64,000 nt of DNA from an uncultured Gammaproteobacteria bacterium (GTDB lineage: Bacteria > Pseudomonadota > Gammaproteobacteria > UBA9214): NCBI GenBank assembly GCA_963712695.1, contig CAVQJD010000007.1, positions 3,221 to 67,220 on the forward strand, given 5' to 3'. Numbering within the stretch: the first letter of the stretch is position 1; every line of letters begins with the position of its first letter. Position numbers and translations under genes: made by a program. The notes beneath the pieces are model-generated. The model was not told the origin of the DNA and made no database searches. It saw only the letters and a list, made by a program, of their open reading frames with translations. Of the stretch, positions 45,757 through 60,073 are shown piece after piece.

Positions 45757-46017
45757 TTGAAGACCATGTTTGTATCCAATTTACCGGCGGATGCATCTGA
45801 ACAGAGCGTGCGCGAGCTGTTCTCCGAGTTCGGCATCGTTCGCGCCATCAGTATTTCCAGCGACATCTTCACCGGAAAATGCCGCGGCTTCGGCACCGTC
45901 GCCATGGAAGGTCATGAGGCCCGGGCGGCAATCGCACGCCTCGACGGCAAAACGATGGGCGACAAATCGCTCAGGGTGCGCTATGAAGACCCCAGGGCAA
46001 AGGGCCGTCGGCGCTGA
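45757..46017 (+). CDS. Small RRM-type (RNP-1) RNA-binding protein with a glycine/arginine C-terminal tail.
   Basis: MFVSNLPADASEQSVRELFSEFG...CRGFGTVAMEG...GKTMGDKSLRVRYEDPRAKGRRR has the RRM beta1 and RNP-1-like motif. It resembles cold-inducible Rbp proteins. Confidence 0.7.
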   Translation: MKTMFVSNLPADASEQSVRELFSEFGIVRAISISSDIFTGKCRGFGTVAMEGHEARAAIARLDGKTMGDKSLRVRYEDPRAKGRRR

Positions 46018-46128
46018 CAGGCCGGCAACCGCAACATCGCAGCCGCAGCAGTGGTGTTGCGGGTCGTTGCAGGTACATCCTGTGACCTGCATTTTACATA
46101 ACCAGAGAAATATCATTCAGAGACTTGC

Positions 46129-47302
46129 ATGCTAGACGGATTACTGGATTTATCTTTCCAGGGTTACATCGGCGCCACCCTGCTGCTAACCCATATCACC
46201 ATCGCCAGCGTCACCATTTTCCTGCATCGTCACCAGGCGCATAACGCGCTCACCCTGCACCCGTCTGTGAGTCACTTTTTTCGTGGCTGGCTGTGGCTGA
46301 CAACCGGCATGGTCACCCGGGAATGGGTGGCCGTGCATCGCAAGCATCACGCCAAATGCGAAACTGTGGACGATCCACACAGTCCCCAGGTCAGAGGCAT
46401 CCTGCAGGTCCTGTTCGGTGGCGTCGGCCTGTACAGAACTGCCGTGCGCGACCAGGAAACGCTTGATCACTACGGCAACGGCACGCCCGATGACTGGCTG
46501 GAGCGTCACGTGTACAGCCGCTCGCCACTTACGGGCATCCTGATTATGGGTGCCATCGACGTGCTGCTGTTCGGCGTGGCCGGACTGATTATTTTCACGG
46601 TGCAGATGCTGTGGATTCCGCTCTGGGCCGCCGGCGTCATCAACGGCCTGGGTCATTTCTGGGGCTATCGCAACTTCGAAACCACGGATGCCTCGCGCAA
46701 CCTGTCCCCGGTCGGCATCCTGATAGGTGGCGAAGAGCTGCACAACAATCACCATGCGTACCCGCAATCGGCCCGGCTCTCCAATAAATGGTGGGAGTTC
46801 GATATCGGCTGGCTGTACATCAGGATCCTGGCAGTGCTGGGTCTGGCGCGCGTGCGTCGCATCGCCCAAAGTACGGTTAGAGCGCGGCAAGCAGGTAGTC
46901 GACCTGGAAACACTGCGGGCTGTCCTGCGCGACCGCTACCACGTGCTCACACTCTATGGCCGCAAGGTCATCCGGCCGGTCGTACGCAATGAACGGCGTG
47001 CCAGCGACGGTGCCGGACGCAGACTGCTGCGCCAGGTACACAAGCTGATGACCCGTGAAGATATCGCGCCGGACGCAACAGCACGTGCCACCCTCAACGA
47101 CGTGCTGCAAAAAAGCCAGGCCCTTGCCACGGTGTACCGCTTCAAGTCGCAACTCAAGGCATTGTGGGCCCACACCGCCAGCGACGGTGCCGGTCGGGTC
47201 GAACGCCTGGAGGCCTGGTGCAACGAGGCCGAGCGCTCCGGCATCAAGGCGCTGCAGGACTTTGCCAATGTCCTGCGCAGCTACACACTGCAGACTGCCT
47301 GA
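46129..47302 (+). CDS. Membrane delta-9-type acyl-lipid/acyl-CoA fatty acid desaturase with a C-terminal extension. One apparent frameshift near 46875.
   Basis: Three His boxes: HRHQAH, HRKHH and HNNHH, with hydrophobic spans between them. ORF 46727-47302 continues the protein after the shift. Confidence 0.65.
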
Positions 47303-47502
47303 ACGGATCTGACGGCTTAATGATTACCGGTATACAACCCTTGTAAACATGGTAGTATGCCACCTGCAACAGCGCACTACGGTCTGCGCCTGACTCCTTC
47401 GCGGTAATCCCCTCCGGCAAACCCCGAACATCAACTATCGAATTCCGCCTGGACCGTTCCAGCACATGCTGCGACAGGCCGACTCAGGAGCAACAATCCA
47501 TC

Positions 47503-48888
47503 ATGTCATTTGACGATCTCGGCCTTACGGCCGAATTGCTCCGTGCTGTATCCGAACAGGGCTACACTGAACCGACCCCGATACAGCGCCAGGCCATACC
47601 GGTGATTCTCGCAGGACGCGATGTCCTGGCGGGCGCCCAGACCGGCACCGGCAAGACCGCCGGGTTCACCCTGCCGCTGTTGCAACGCCTGTCGCCAGAC
47701 GCCGTCCGCCGGCAAACACCGTCCGGTACGTGCGCTGATCGTGCTGACCCCGACGCGCGAACTCGCGGCCCAGGTCGGGGCGAGCGTGGACACCTACGGC
47801 AAATACCTGCCGCTGAAATGCGCCCAGATCTACGGCGGCGTCAGCATCAACCCGCAGATCGCGACCTTGCGCCGCGGCGTCGATATCCTGGTGGCCACAC
47901 CGGGCCGCCTGCTGGACCTGATCGGGCAGAACGTGCTGGATCTTTCCCGGGTCGAAATCCTGGTCCTCGACGAAGCCGACCGCATGCTGGATATGGGTTT
48001 CATCCGCGATATCCGCAAAATCCTCGCACTGCTGCCCAAGCAGCGCCAGAACCTGCTGTTCTCCGCCACCTTCTCCGACGAGATCAGGCAGCTGGCCGAC
48101 AGCCTGTTGCACAATCCGGCACAGATCGAGGTCGCACAACGCAATACCGCCTGCGAACTGGTCGCACAGGTCGTGCACCCGGTGGATCGCGAGCGCAAGC
48201 GCGAGTTGCTGTCGTTCCTGATCGGCTCGCAAAACTGGCGCCAGGTGCTGGTGTTCACGCGCACCAAGCACGGAGCAAACCGCCTGGCGGAACAACTGGC
48301 GCGCGATCGGCATCCAGAGCGCGGCCATTCACGGCAACAAAAGCCAGGCGGCGCGCACACGCGCACTGGCGGATTTCAAACGCGGCGCGGTGCGGGTGCT
48401 GACGGCCACCGACATCGCCGCGCGCGGCCTGGACATCGACCAGCTGCCGCACGTGGTGAACTACGAGCTGCCGCACGTACCGGAAGACTATGTGCACCGC
48501 ATCGGACGCACCGGCCGTGCCGGCAACGCCGGGCGAGGCGATCTCGCTGGTCTGCGTGGATGAGCACAAGCTGCTGCGTGATATCGAGCGCGTGGTACAG
48601 CGCAGGATTCCGCAGGTCGTCGTAAACGGCTATGCGCCGGACGCCGCGATAAAGGCCGAACCGATCTTCAAGGGACGTAATCCCGGTGCAAATACACCAC
48701 GTCGTGCGTCTAATGCCAGTGACCCGCCGCGCCGCAAGCCGCGCAGTCAGTCAGCCAGCGGCAACAGCACGAACAGCGGTAGTGCGGGACGTAATTCGAC
48801 GCAGGCCCGGCGTGGGCCGGGACAGGGCGCCGCGAGTACGCCGACGCGCCGCACAGGTAATACCCGGCCCCGACGCACGCCGGGTTGA
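47503..48888 (+). pseudogene. rhlE: DEAD-box ATP-dependent RNA helicase (RhlE-like). The frame is broken about 4 times, most likely by sequence indel errors.
   Basis: Q-motif GYTEPTPIQ, motif [19 protein letters not shown] ([14 protein letters not shown]), SAT, motif [12 protein letters not shown] and a basic RG/S-rich tail. Homology is split over ORFs 47503, 47621, a third frame near 48300-48540, and 48490. Confidence 0.7.
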
Positions 48889-49345
48889 ACAGGGCTCCAT
48901 CACTGCTCCCCATCCGCAACCGGCCGGAAAGCATTCCGGCCGTGTGACAGCAAGCGTACGATCTGCGTCAGCACAACCTGCCATGTATCTCAATCTAGCG
49001 CGATACGCGTAAAAACACGTCGTCCCCGCTCAGACGTGGGCCCGACTGTATGAAAATCCCTGGATTCCCGCCTGCGCGGGAATGACAAAACACTACGCTC
49101 TACTCATACTTACCGACAGTTGTATACGTTAAGCATCTTGCCTCTCACTGTGCATCGATACCTGTCAACTCGCACTTGATCCGCACTCTGCCGGCCTGCA
49201 ACGAATCCGCCCGGAGCGGGTATACTTCAGTCATGAATTACAGATCATCATTCGGCACGAAACTGATGAACCTGTCAAAATGGTACTGTTCTGATGTATG
49301 TTAGGCGCAATTGCCGAACAGGTCAGAGGCTACAGGAGGCAACCG

Positions 49346-49822
49346 ATGCGCAAACAGATCAAAGGTCAGGACACTCAGGCATCCCGGCCCGCTGGCAGCC
49401 AGGACTGGCTTGACCTGGAGCACCTGGTACAGGTGGAACTGACGTCCGAGGCAACCGACTATCCGATCGAGTCCGCTCTGATCCTGAATGCGGGAGGCGC
49501 CTGGCGCGCACAACAGCCGGGAAAGCAGACGATCCGGCTGCTGTTTGACCAGCCGCACCGGATCAGTCGTATTCAGTTGCAGTTTGAGGAAAACGAGCGC
49601 GCTCGCACCCAGGAATTTGTGCTGCGCTGGTCAACGGGCAACAGCGCATCTGCCCGGGAAATTGTACGGCAGCAATATAATTTCAGTCCGCCGGACAGCA
49701 CCCGTGAACTCGAAGACTACGTCGTTGATCTCGACGGACTGATGCTACTGGAACTGAGCATTATTCCCGATATCAGCGGCAGCGATGCGCGGGCCTCACT
49801 TGCACAGTTGCGACTCGCCTGA
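49346..49822 (+). CDS. Hypothetical protein.
   Basis: ORF with plausible codon bias and no recognisable motif. Met 49346 (MRKQIKG) is the likely start. Confidence 0.35.
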   Translation: MRKQIKGQDTQASRPAGSQDWLDLEHLVQVELTSEATDYPIESALILNAGGAWRAQQPGKQTIRLLFDQPHRISRIQLQFEENERARTQEFVLRWSTGNSASAREIVRQQYNFSPPDSTRELEDYVVDLDGLMLLELSIIPDISGSDARASLAQLRLA

Positions 49823-50125
49823 TGGGATTAAATGCAGGGTGCGTTTCATTCACCGCAAATGGTGCGCGCAGCGCACTCTGCATTTGAGCGCAAATTTCGA
49901 TATCTCAGCCAGCTTCACGGGTCTGCCGGGTCAGCACGCCATGCATGCCGGACAACGCACAAATCCTGTTCCCATGAGACCCTCCTGCACTTGCCCGTTC
50001 AGGGCATCTCAGGCAGGAACCGGCAACACCCTCATATGCCATTGCAGCCCTGAAAACGGCAGCGTACGTGCGATTGGTTAAGCGTACTGCTGGATCATCG
50101 TAACAAGACATCAGGAAGCAATCCT

Positions 50126-50923
50126 ATGTGGATCCATACTACCTGTAACCTCGATTTTCAAATGGGTGACCCGACCCCGCTGATTCTCATGCTGCGCCCG
50201 CGCAGTGGCATCCAGCAATGGGTGGCACAGGAAGCGTACACGCTCACACCCAGCGTCCCGGTGGTCGAGTATACGGACATCTTCGGCAACCTCTGTCAGC
50301 GCCTGGTGGCACCGGCCGGGATTTTCACTGTGCATACCACAGCCGCTGTAATGACGGCTGATTTCGTGGATAAGGACCCCGACGCCAGTTTTGTGGAAAT
50401 TCAGAATTTACCCGATGAGGTACTGTTGTACCTGCTGCCAAGCCGTTACTGCGAATCGGACAGGTTCGGCAATCTCGCGCGGGAGATCGTCGACGGAGTT
50501 CAGCTCGGCTATGACCAGGTGACCCGGATCAGCGACTGGATTCGCGGCTCAATACGCTACGTACCCGGATCCAGCGCATACCCCCTGTCTGCCGTTGAAG
50601 TGAATGGGCAACATGAAGGGGTCTGTCGTGATCTGGCCCATCTTGGCATCGCACTTTGCCGCAGTATCAGCATCCCTGCACGCCTGGTCGTCGGCTTCCT
50701 GTACGGGCTCGAGCCTATGGATCTGCATGCATGGTTCGAGGCCTACGTCGGCGGCCGCTGGTACACCTTCGACCCCACTGAGCATACGCTGCGTGGCGGG
50801 AGGCTTGCCGTGGCTTACGGGCGCGATGCAGCAGATGTTTCGGTGTACCATCAATTCGGTCCGCCGGCCCTGTTCAGCAGCATGGAAGTCCGCGTGGAAT
50901 TGCTGGATGGTCCTCCGCACTGA
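50126..50923 (+). CDS. Transglutaminase-like superfamily protein, a putative cysteine protease.
   Basis: Cys-His-Asp core: [27 protein letters not shown]...[18 protein letters not shown]. Confidence 0.6.
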   Translation: MWIHTTCNLDFQMGDPTPLILMLRPRSGIQQWVAQEAYTLTPSVPVVEYTDIFGNLCQRLVAPAGIFTVHTTAAVMTADFVDKDPDASFVEIQNLPDEVLLYLLPSRYCESDRFGNLAREIVDGVQLGYDQVTRISDWIRGSIRYVPGSSAYPLSAVEVNGQHEGVCRDLAHLGIALCRSISIPARLVVGFLYGLEPMDLHAWFEAYVGGRWYTFDPTEHTLRGGRLAVAYGRDAADVSVYHQFGPPALFSSMEVRVELLDGPPH

Positions 50924-51100
50924 TACTGGCAACACTCGAATCACATCGTCCCCGCGCAGGCGGTGACTTTATGTGTCACCCTGATTACGCCGGCTGTGCA
51001 ATTTGCAGGGTGCGCTGCGCGCACCATTAACGGTGCGTGAAGCACACCCTGCACTTTATCCGAATCCAGTTAATACCACGGCCCACGATGCAACCAGCCT

Positions 51101-54238
<3,138 letters not shown>

Positions 54239-54265
54239 GGACCGCTGCCTCAGTGCTGGTGTATT

Positions 54266-55503
54266 TCAAAACCCGACTTGGCGAGCTCCGACTGCAGAAA
54301 GAAGGCGCCCTGGGTAACCACCCGTACATCCGGCACGAGGCCCTCGATCACGGTGTGGGTGTCTGACGAGCGCAGCACCCTGACTTCCCTGGACTCGAAC
54401 ACATTGTCCTCGTGCTTCGACAAACACCTGCCAGTCACCATCCGGACTGCGCAGTACCGCATGTGCCGGAATGGCCAATACTGCTTCGTTCACACTCCCT
54501 TCAATGCGCACGTCAACAAACAACCCGGGATGCAGCCGGTCATCCGGATTCGGGATCTCGATACGCACACCCAGCGTCCGGGTATCTTCGTCCAGGGCAT
54601 GATGCACCTGGATCACACGCCCCTCTACCTGATGCTCGCCAATCACTATGGTCGCCCGCGCATTCACCTGTATCCGGGCGGCCTCATCCGGGGTCAGCCG
54701 TGCTTCGACCCAGAGCACGGATTCATCACTGATCTCGAACAGTACGCGCCCGGGCTCGACCAGTTCGCCCACGATGAAATCATCACGAATCACCGTGCCA
54801 TCCTGTGGCGCCAGTAACTGGAATCGCCCATCGGCGAGCTCCGCCTTACCACTTGCCAGGAGTTGCCTGATTTCGTCCTCCGTCATGCCATAGGCACTCA
54901 CCCGTGCACGCGCCTGTTCGCGTGCGATACGTGCCTCGGTATAACGCTGCTCGGAGACGACATCCCGACCGAGTTTGCTGACCCGCTGCCATTCGCGCTC
55001 GGCAACCAGCAACTCACCCTGGGCCTGCGCCATCTCGACACTGGAGAGCATGACCAGTGCCTGTCCTTTGTGAACACTGTCACCGAGTCGCGCCTGTCTG
55101 TCAAGCACCTGGGCTGCAATTCTCGGCGCCACCCTGGTCGTGGCATAGGCATTCAGTTGAATTTCGCCCGGCGCGCGGAGTTCGTTCACGAATGTCGCGT
55201 GGCTGCAGGCGCTCACCACCACGCCGGCCATTTCCTGTTGTTCCGGCGTCAGGCGGACACCATCCTCGCCGTGTCCTGCGCTGTTCAGTCCGTGCTCACC
55301 TGCATGTTTATCTTCGGCTCATGCTCATCTGCGTGTTCATGTCCATGTTCATCTTGATGCTCAAGTTCACCTGCATGCGCAGGCTCATCTACATGCTCAT
55401 GCCCAGGTGCATGCTTTACCTGTTCAGCTTGCTCGGCGTGCAGCGAGACAGGCATGGCAGTGCCAAGCAGGCCCGCGAAAAACCAGATACCTATTCTGTT
55501 CAT
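54266..55503 (-). CDS. czcB: CzcB/CusB-family RND membrane-fusion protein with a His-rich N-terminal metal-binding segment. One apparent frameshift near 55260.
   Basis: ATG at 55503 follows an AGGAGA RBS. Signal MNRIGIWFFAGLLGTAMPVSLHA is followed by HAPGHEHVDEPAHAGELEHQDEHGHEHADEHE. The MFP body lies in ORF 54266-55231. Its start overlaps the czcC stop. Confidence 0.65.
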
Positions 55504-56743
55504 TGTGTGTCTCCTGTAAGGTTCAGCCACTGGTCGGCCTGACCGGAAGCAGCCAGCCAGTCCGCCCACGCCCGCCACATCCGGCCACGTTGTTCGGTGG
55601 CGCCGACTTCGGTATCCAGCGCCTGTTTCAGTTGCACCAGATAATCCGTGGTATTGAGTTCACCGGCCTGCCATAACCGATCGAGCAGATCAGTGCGTTG
55701 ACTGAGACGGGACGCACCGGATGCCTCCCAGGTTTTCCAGGCAAGGCTTGCATTCCGATAGACCTGCGCCGCTGCGATCAGATCGGCATGCGCCTGTTGC
55801 ATGTGATTGGCTGCCTCACGTTCTGCCTGAATCAGGTCGGCATTGGCGACATCGACTTCCGCACTGAAGGTGTTGCGCACGAACAGCGGCACGGAAACGC
55901 TGAGCCCGGTCAGCGTCTCGGAATCCTCTTTCCCGACCCGGAAACCAATAGTCGGGTCCGGAGTTTGTTCACGGAGACTCAGCTGAACTGAAGCACGCCC
56001 GGCTGCAACCCGCGCCAGGGCAGCCTGCATCGAAGGCAGATCATCCAACAGGCGATCCACATCCACCTGTTGTGGATCAATGTCTGGAAGCAGTTCGTCA
56101 AATGCGGGCCAGCCGGATGCATCACTGCCGGTCAGCGCCGTCAGCACCTGCTGTGCCCGGATCAGCTGCTCGCTGGCATTTGCGCTCCTGAAGCCGGCAT
56201 CAGCAGTGGCCAGATGTGCCAGATCGAGTTCCACCTGACCGAGATCACCCGCCCGCCGGCGCTGTTCCGCAAGGTGCGCAAAACGCGTCATTAACGTGGT
56301 CTGTTTTTCACTGATACCGACAATGGCCCCGGCCGTGTGCCAGTCCGCAAGGGCCCGCAACAGATCAGTGGCCAGGCGCTGACGTTTTGAGTGTAGTTCG
56401 GCGTTTGCAGCGCCAGCTCAAAATCAGCAACGGCCGTGCGTGCACCGCGCTTGTCAGACCAGTCGATGGTCTGGCTGAGTCCCCCAGTGGTCGTATCGAT
56501 TTCGCTGTTTTCGTAATCGAATTCCAGCTCGGGATTGAACAGGGGTTGATCGGCGGCACGCAGCCGCCCGCCGGCGGCATCGACTGCTGCCTGTGCGGCC
56601 TGTATCTCCGGATTTTGCGAAAGCACTGCGTTGATCCAGCCTGATAGTGCCGGACTGGCAACGGTTGACGACTCGGCCACTGTGGCGGGTGCAATCACCA
56701 GACAGGCGGCCGCGACCACAGTAATAAGATATTGCTTGAACAT
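55500..56743 (-). CDS. czcC: Outer-membrane efflux factor (CzcC/CusC/TolC family). One apparent frameshift near 56330.
   Basis: Signal MFKQYLITVVAAACLVIAPATVA in ORF 56291-56743. The TolC-like coiled-coil body lies in ORF 55500-56360. Together with the two genes above it forms a czcCBA-like operon on the minus strand. Confidence 0.65.
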
Positions 56744-56838
56744 CGGTTGAATCCTTCATCGACAATGGACAACGGCGCAGCCCGTCAGCTACGGCACACC
56801 GACCTGCCGGCAGTCTTGCCGGCGAATAGAATCAGGAT

Positions 56839-57165
56839 TCAGCCACGAGGGGGGTGCTCCGGTGGAGCAGCCGGAAGATTGGAAAGCGTCTTTTGATAAA
56901 GTGTGTGGCCGGTGCAGCTGCCCGGAATTGCCAGGTTCGGCTGAACAGGTGACAGGGCCAGGGTATGAGCCGAGGCATGGCAACTGTGGTCACAAGCGGG
57001 GGAATCCCCGTCCTCATCGGACGCGTGGTTGATATCACCCGCCAGGTCTTGATGTTCATCCGCTGCATCGATATGGCCGTGAAATGCCCATGCAGTCCCG
57101 CAACCGAGGGTACTGATGACAAGCCATATCAGCAAAATACTCTTAAGTCTATGTTTATAATACAT
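56839..57165 (-). CDS. Small secreted His/Cys/Asp-rich protein upstream of czcC, a putative periplasmic metal-binding protein.
   Basis: A signal peptide is followed by FHGHIDAADEHQDLAGDINHASDEDGDSPACDHSCHASAH. Confidence 0.4.
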   Translation of the reverse strand: MYYKHRLKSILLIWLVISTLGCGTAWAFHGHIDAADEHQDLAGDINHASDEDGDSPACDHSCHASAHTLALSPVQPNLAIPGSCTGHTLYQKTLSNLPAAPPEHPPRG

Positions 57166-57461
57166 AATATTGCCATACTACGTGCTGGTACGGGATGAAC
57201 GGCACGTGTGGTTCAACCCCGGACATTTAGTCGGCAAGCTGCAATATTACCTGAAAAAAACGCCTTCTCGACGCCTCTGCCGTCGATCGCCTGGTACACG
57301 AGGCTTCTGTAACGTAATGACCACGTCTGTTGCAGTCGTGTCGCTTTGTGCCGCGGTGCTGAATCTGATCACAGATAATTCGCGAACATTGCCTCCATGT
57401 TCGGAATGAAGACTAACTAACTGCCTGTTTGTTTAATGTCAGTTGACACCCGTTTCAGGGA

Positions 57462-58118
57462 ATGCGTCACGGAAATATCCGTAGCCTGCAGTTAAGTTAT
57501 TCCATGCATTTTCGCGTTACTCCAGGGCTTTTTAATTCAGTGAAATCCGGGCATGGGAGTCTTTGCATGAAGCGTAGTCCTGTCTGCTGCATCGTCACTA
57601 TCGGCTTGTTCTGGGCTGGACAAACGCCAGCCATACCACTTGACCAGCAGGACACTGCAGCTGGTACGCACAGCATGGATTGCACCCTTCCCGACTGCAG
57701 TAGCGCTGGTGTTTTATTCTTCGATCCGGACATAAGAAGCCCGGCCAGCAGTGGTCACAACAAGACATTCGCCAGGCTGCTGGCGCATGAGAATCATGTT
57801 GGCACAATCACGCCAAGCGCCAGCACAACTCCAGAAGATGGCGTATCCAGAACGCCAGTCAAGGCCAGGATTGAGCCGGTTGCTGTCAAGGGATGGAGCA
57901 GTGTAATGACGATGGAGATCCAGGGTTACAAGTCCCGCGGCAGCGAGAAATCAACCATCAGCCTGGACTCTGCATTGTCAGGCAGTCTGATCAGGATGAT
58001 TCAATCCGATATCACCGGGCCTGCTTTTGGCGTCTGGCTGGTGATGGATGATCCGGCTGTTGCATTTCCCGAGGTTACTTCGATGTCGCAGCTGCTCGGC
58101 AGTTCCCGGCATGAGTGA
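57462..58118 (+). CDS. Hypothetical secreted protein with an uncertain start.
   Basis: ORF with an internal Met followed by a hydrophobic stretch (MKRSPVCCIVTIGLFWAG). No recognisable motif. GC is lower than the locus average. Confidence 0.3.
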   Translation: MRHGNIRSLQLSYSMHFRVTPGLFNSVKSGHGSLCMKRSPVCCIVTIGLFWAGQTPAIPLDQQDTAAGTHSMDCTLPDCSSAGVLFFDPDIRSPASSGHNKTFARLLAHENHVGTITPSASTTPEDGVSRTPVKARIEPVAVKGWSSVMTMEIQGYKSRGSEKSTISLDSALSGSLIRMIQSDITGPAFGVWLVMDDPAVAFPEVTSMSQLLGSSRHE

Positions 58119-58723
58119 GTGTTCAGGAAAACACAATGTTTAAAGGAATCGCCAAACCCGCATTCATGCTGTTGATCATCATCTGCCGGCAGACACCTGT
58201 CTGCGCTGCAATCGTGTATGACGAATTCATCAGTGGAGATTTGCCTGACTCGAATGCAGTGACACCGATTCTTGCTGTTGGCGCCGGAAGTAACGAAATC
58301 ACAGGTGAGCTTGGGATAGATCCGGACACGTCGGATAGTTTTTTCATCGATCTGCGCAACGGTTTTCGGCTTGACTCGATTATTGTTACAAAGTTTCCGG
58401 TATCAGCGAATGGGTACCAGATTGGATTTAATCTTCTCTACGCAAACAGCTTGTACTATCTCAGCATTGACCAGGCTCAATCAGGCGTTGACATCCTGCC
58501 ATTACTGAACCCGCTTTGGGGGCCTGGTTTTTCCTTGCCGTTTCAAAATGACAGTATTGAAATAATCCTGATCAGCACGTTAAGCCGTAACGCGTATGGG
58601 CTTGATTTCGTGGTCTCACAGACACCGCTACCCTCGGCACTGATTTTGTTGTTATCAGGAATGTTTACCCTGGTCTTGGCAGGAAACCGGAAAAACAAGT
58701 CACACAAACGAATGCATACCTGA
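58115..58723 (+). CDS. PEP-CTERM-type sorting-domain protein.
   Basis: Signal peptide. The C-terminus is TPLPSALILLLSGMFTLVLAGNRKNKSHKR, that is a (V/T)PLP motif, a transmembrane helix and a basic tail. Confidence 0.5.
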   Translation: MSVQENTMFKGIAKPAFMLLIIICRQTPVCAAIVYDEFISGDLPDSNAVTPILAVGAGSNEITGELGIDPDTSDSFFIDLRNGFRLDSIIVTKFPVSANGYQIGFNLLYANSLYYLSIDQAQSGVDILPLLNPLWGPGFSLPFQNDSIEIILISTLSRNAYGLDFVVSQTPLPSALILLLSGMFTLVLAGNRKNKSHKRMHT

Positions 58724-58751
58724 GCTGTCAGATACACTGGCGATTTCCAGC

Positions 58752-59693
58752 CTAGAAACGACAGCTGCTCTCACCGCCCTTTTCAATCCAGCCATGAATC
58801 ATTTTCTTCGTGGTAAATCCGCTGGCACAATTCCCGTCTTTGTCGATAACGATGACGCCGCCGCGGCCCTTTACCTTGCGCACCAGGTATTCGATGCCGG
58901 CGGCGGTTGCCTGCTTTGCATCCATACCTTTCATGTACATGAAATCGGCGATGGTTTTAGCAATGACAGTGCGCATGAAGTCCTCGCCGAAACCGGTGGC
59001 AGAAACGGCACAGGTCTCGTTGTCAGCATAGACACCTGCGCCAATTATGGGCGAATCACCCACGCGCCCCATACGCTTGTTGACGATACCACCGGTTGAA
59101 GTTGCAGCGGCCAGGTTACCTGCCTGGTCACGGGCAATGGCGCCGATGGTGCCGTATTTCTGGTCTTCCGTGTCCTGCTCGGCGTCATCATGGTCGAGCA
59201 TGACCTTGTGGCTCAGGCGTGCCTGGTGAAGCTGTTCCACCCGGTCAGGCGTGTAGAAATAGTCTTCGGGAACCCGCTCCATGCCGCAATGGTCGGCAAA
59301 ACGCATGGCACCCTCGGCAATAAGCATGACGTGCTCGCTCAACGTCATGACCAGGCGCGCGAGCTGGATGGGGTTGGCAATATTATCGACGGCGGCGACT
59401 GCACCGGCTGACAGGTCACGGCCATCCATGATCGCCGCATCCATCTCGACCTTGCCGTTCTCATTCAGCACCGATCCGCACCCGGCGTTGAAAACCGGGT
59501 CGTCTTCCAGCAACAAAGCACAGACTTCTACTGCCTGCAGCGCCGAGCCGCCCAGCTCCATGACATCACGGCCATGTTCGAGAGTCCTGCGAATACTGTC
59601 GAGATACCGAAATGCGGTTTTGTCGCCCCTGACGTTATCGAGCGCACCCGCGCCACCATGAACCATCAGGGAATAGGTGCCGGTGCCGCTCAT
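58752..59693 (-). CDS. iaaA: Isoaspartyl peptidase / L-asparaginase (Ntn-hydrolase, IaaA family).
   Basis: HGGAG near the N-terminus. The autocleavage and nucleophile region is GTIGAIA, with GAGVYADNE and GFGEDFMR as in the plant-type asparaginase/IaaA family. Confidence 0.8.
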   Translation of the reverse strand: MSGTGTYSLMVHGGAGALDNVRGDKTAFRYLDSIRRTLEHGRDVMELGGSALQAVEVCALLLEDDPVFNAGCGSVLNENGKVEMDAAIMDGRDLSAGAVAAVDNIANPIQLARLVMTLSEHVMLIAEGAMRFADHCGMERVPEDYFYTPDRVEQLHQARLSHKVMLDHDDAEQDTEDQKYGTIGAIARDQAGNLAAATSTGGIVNKRMGRVGDSPIIGAGVYADNETCAVSATGFGEDFMRTVIAKTIADFMYMKGMDAKQATAAGIEYLVRKVKGRGGVIVIDKDGNCASGFTTKKMIHGWIEKGGESSCRF

Positions 59694-59861
59694 GGGTTGA
59701 TCAGGTCGTTATCTCGCACCCGCACATTGTTACACATCAGCAAAGCAAATTCTCCGGGGCTCTTCCCTGAATTGAGTGGGTAGATTACCGTTGCAGGGTA
59801 GAATTCATTCGGCCAACAACCTTGCCATCAGCAGGAATTTCCTGCCCTCCGGCACAGCAAA

Positions 59862-59891
59862 AGACCCGCACCAGGCGGGTCTTTTGGTTTG
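59862..59891 (-). terminator. Bidirectional rho-independent terminator downstream of the mamK-like gene.
   Basis: AGACCCGC-ACCAG-GCGGGTCT is flanked by TTTGGTTTG on the plus strand and TTTTG on the minus strand. Confidence 0.5.
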
Positions 59892-60073
59892 TATTACGGA
59901 CAACTGGGAGACGCGCAGCGCGTTCAGGAAGTACTTGAGGTGAGCGGATTCCGGCTATTCCGGTTTAACAAGCCCTGATGAGAGCAGGCGGATTCAGGAA
60001 AACACCGCAGGGTCTACCGGTGTGCCATGACTGTGTGCAGTCAGGCGGTGGCATCCAGGCAGACCCGCGGGTT

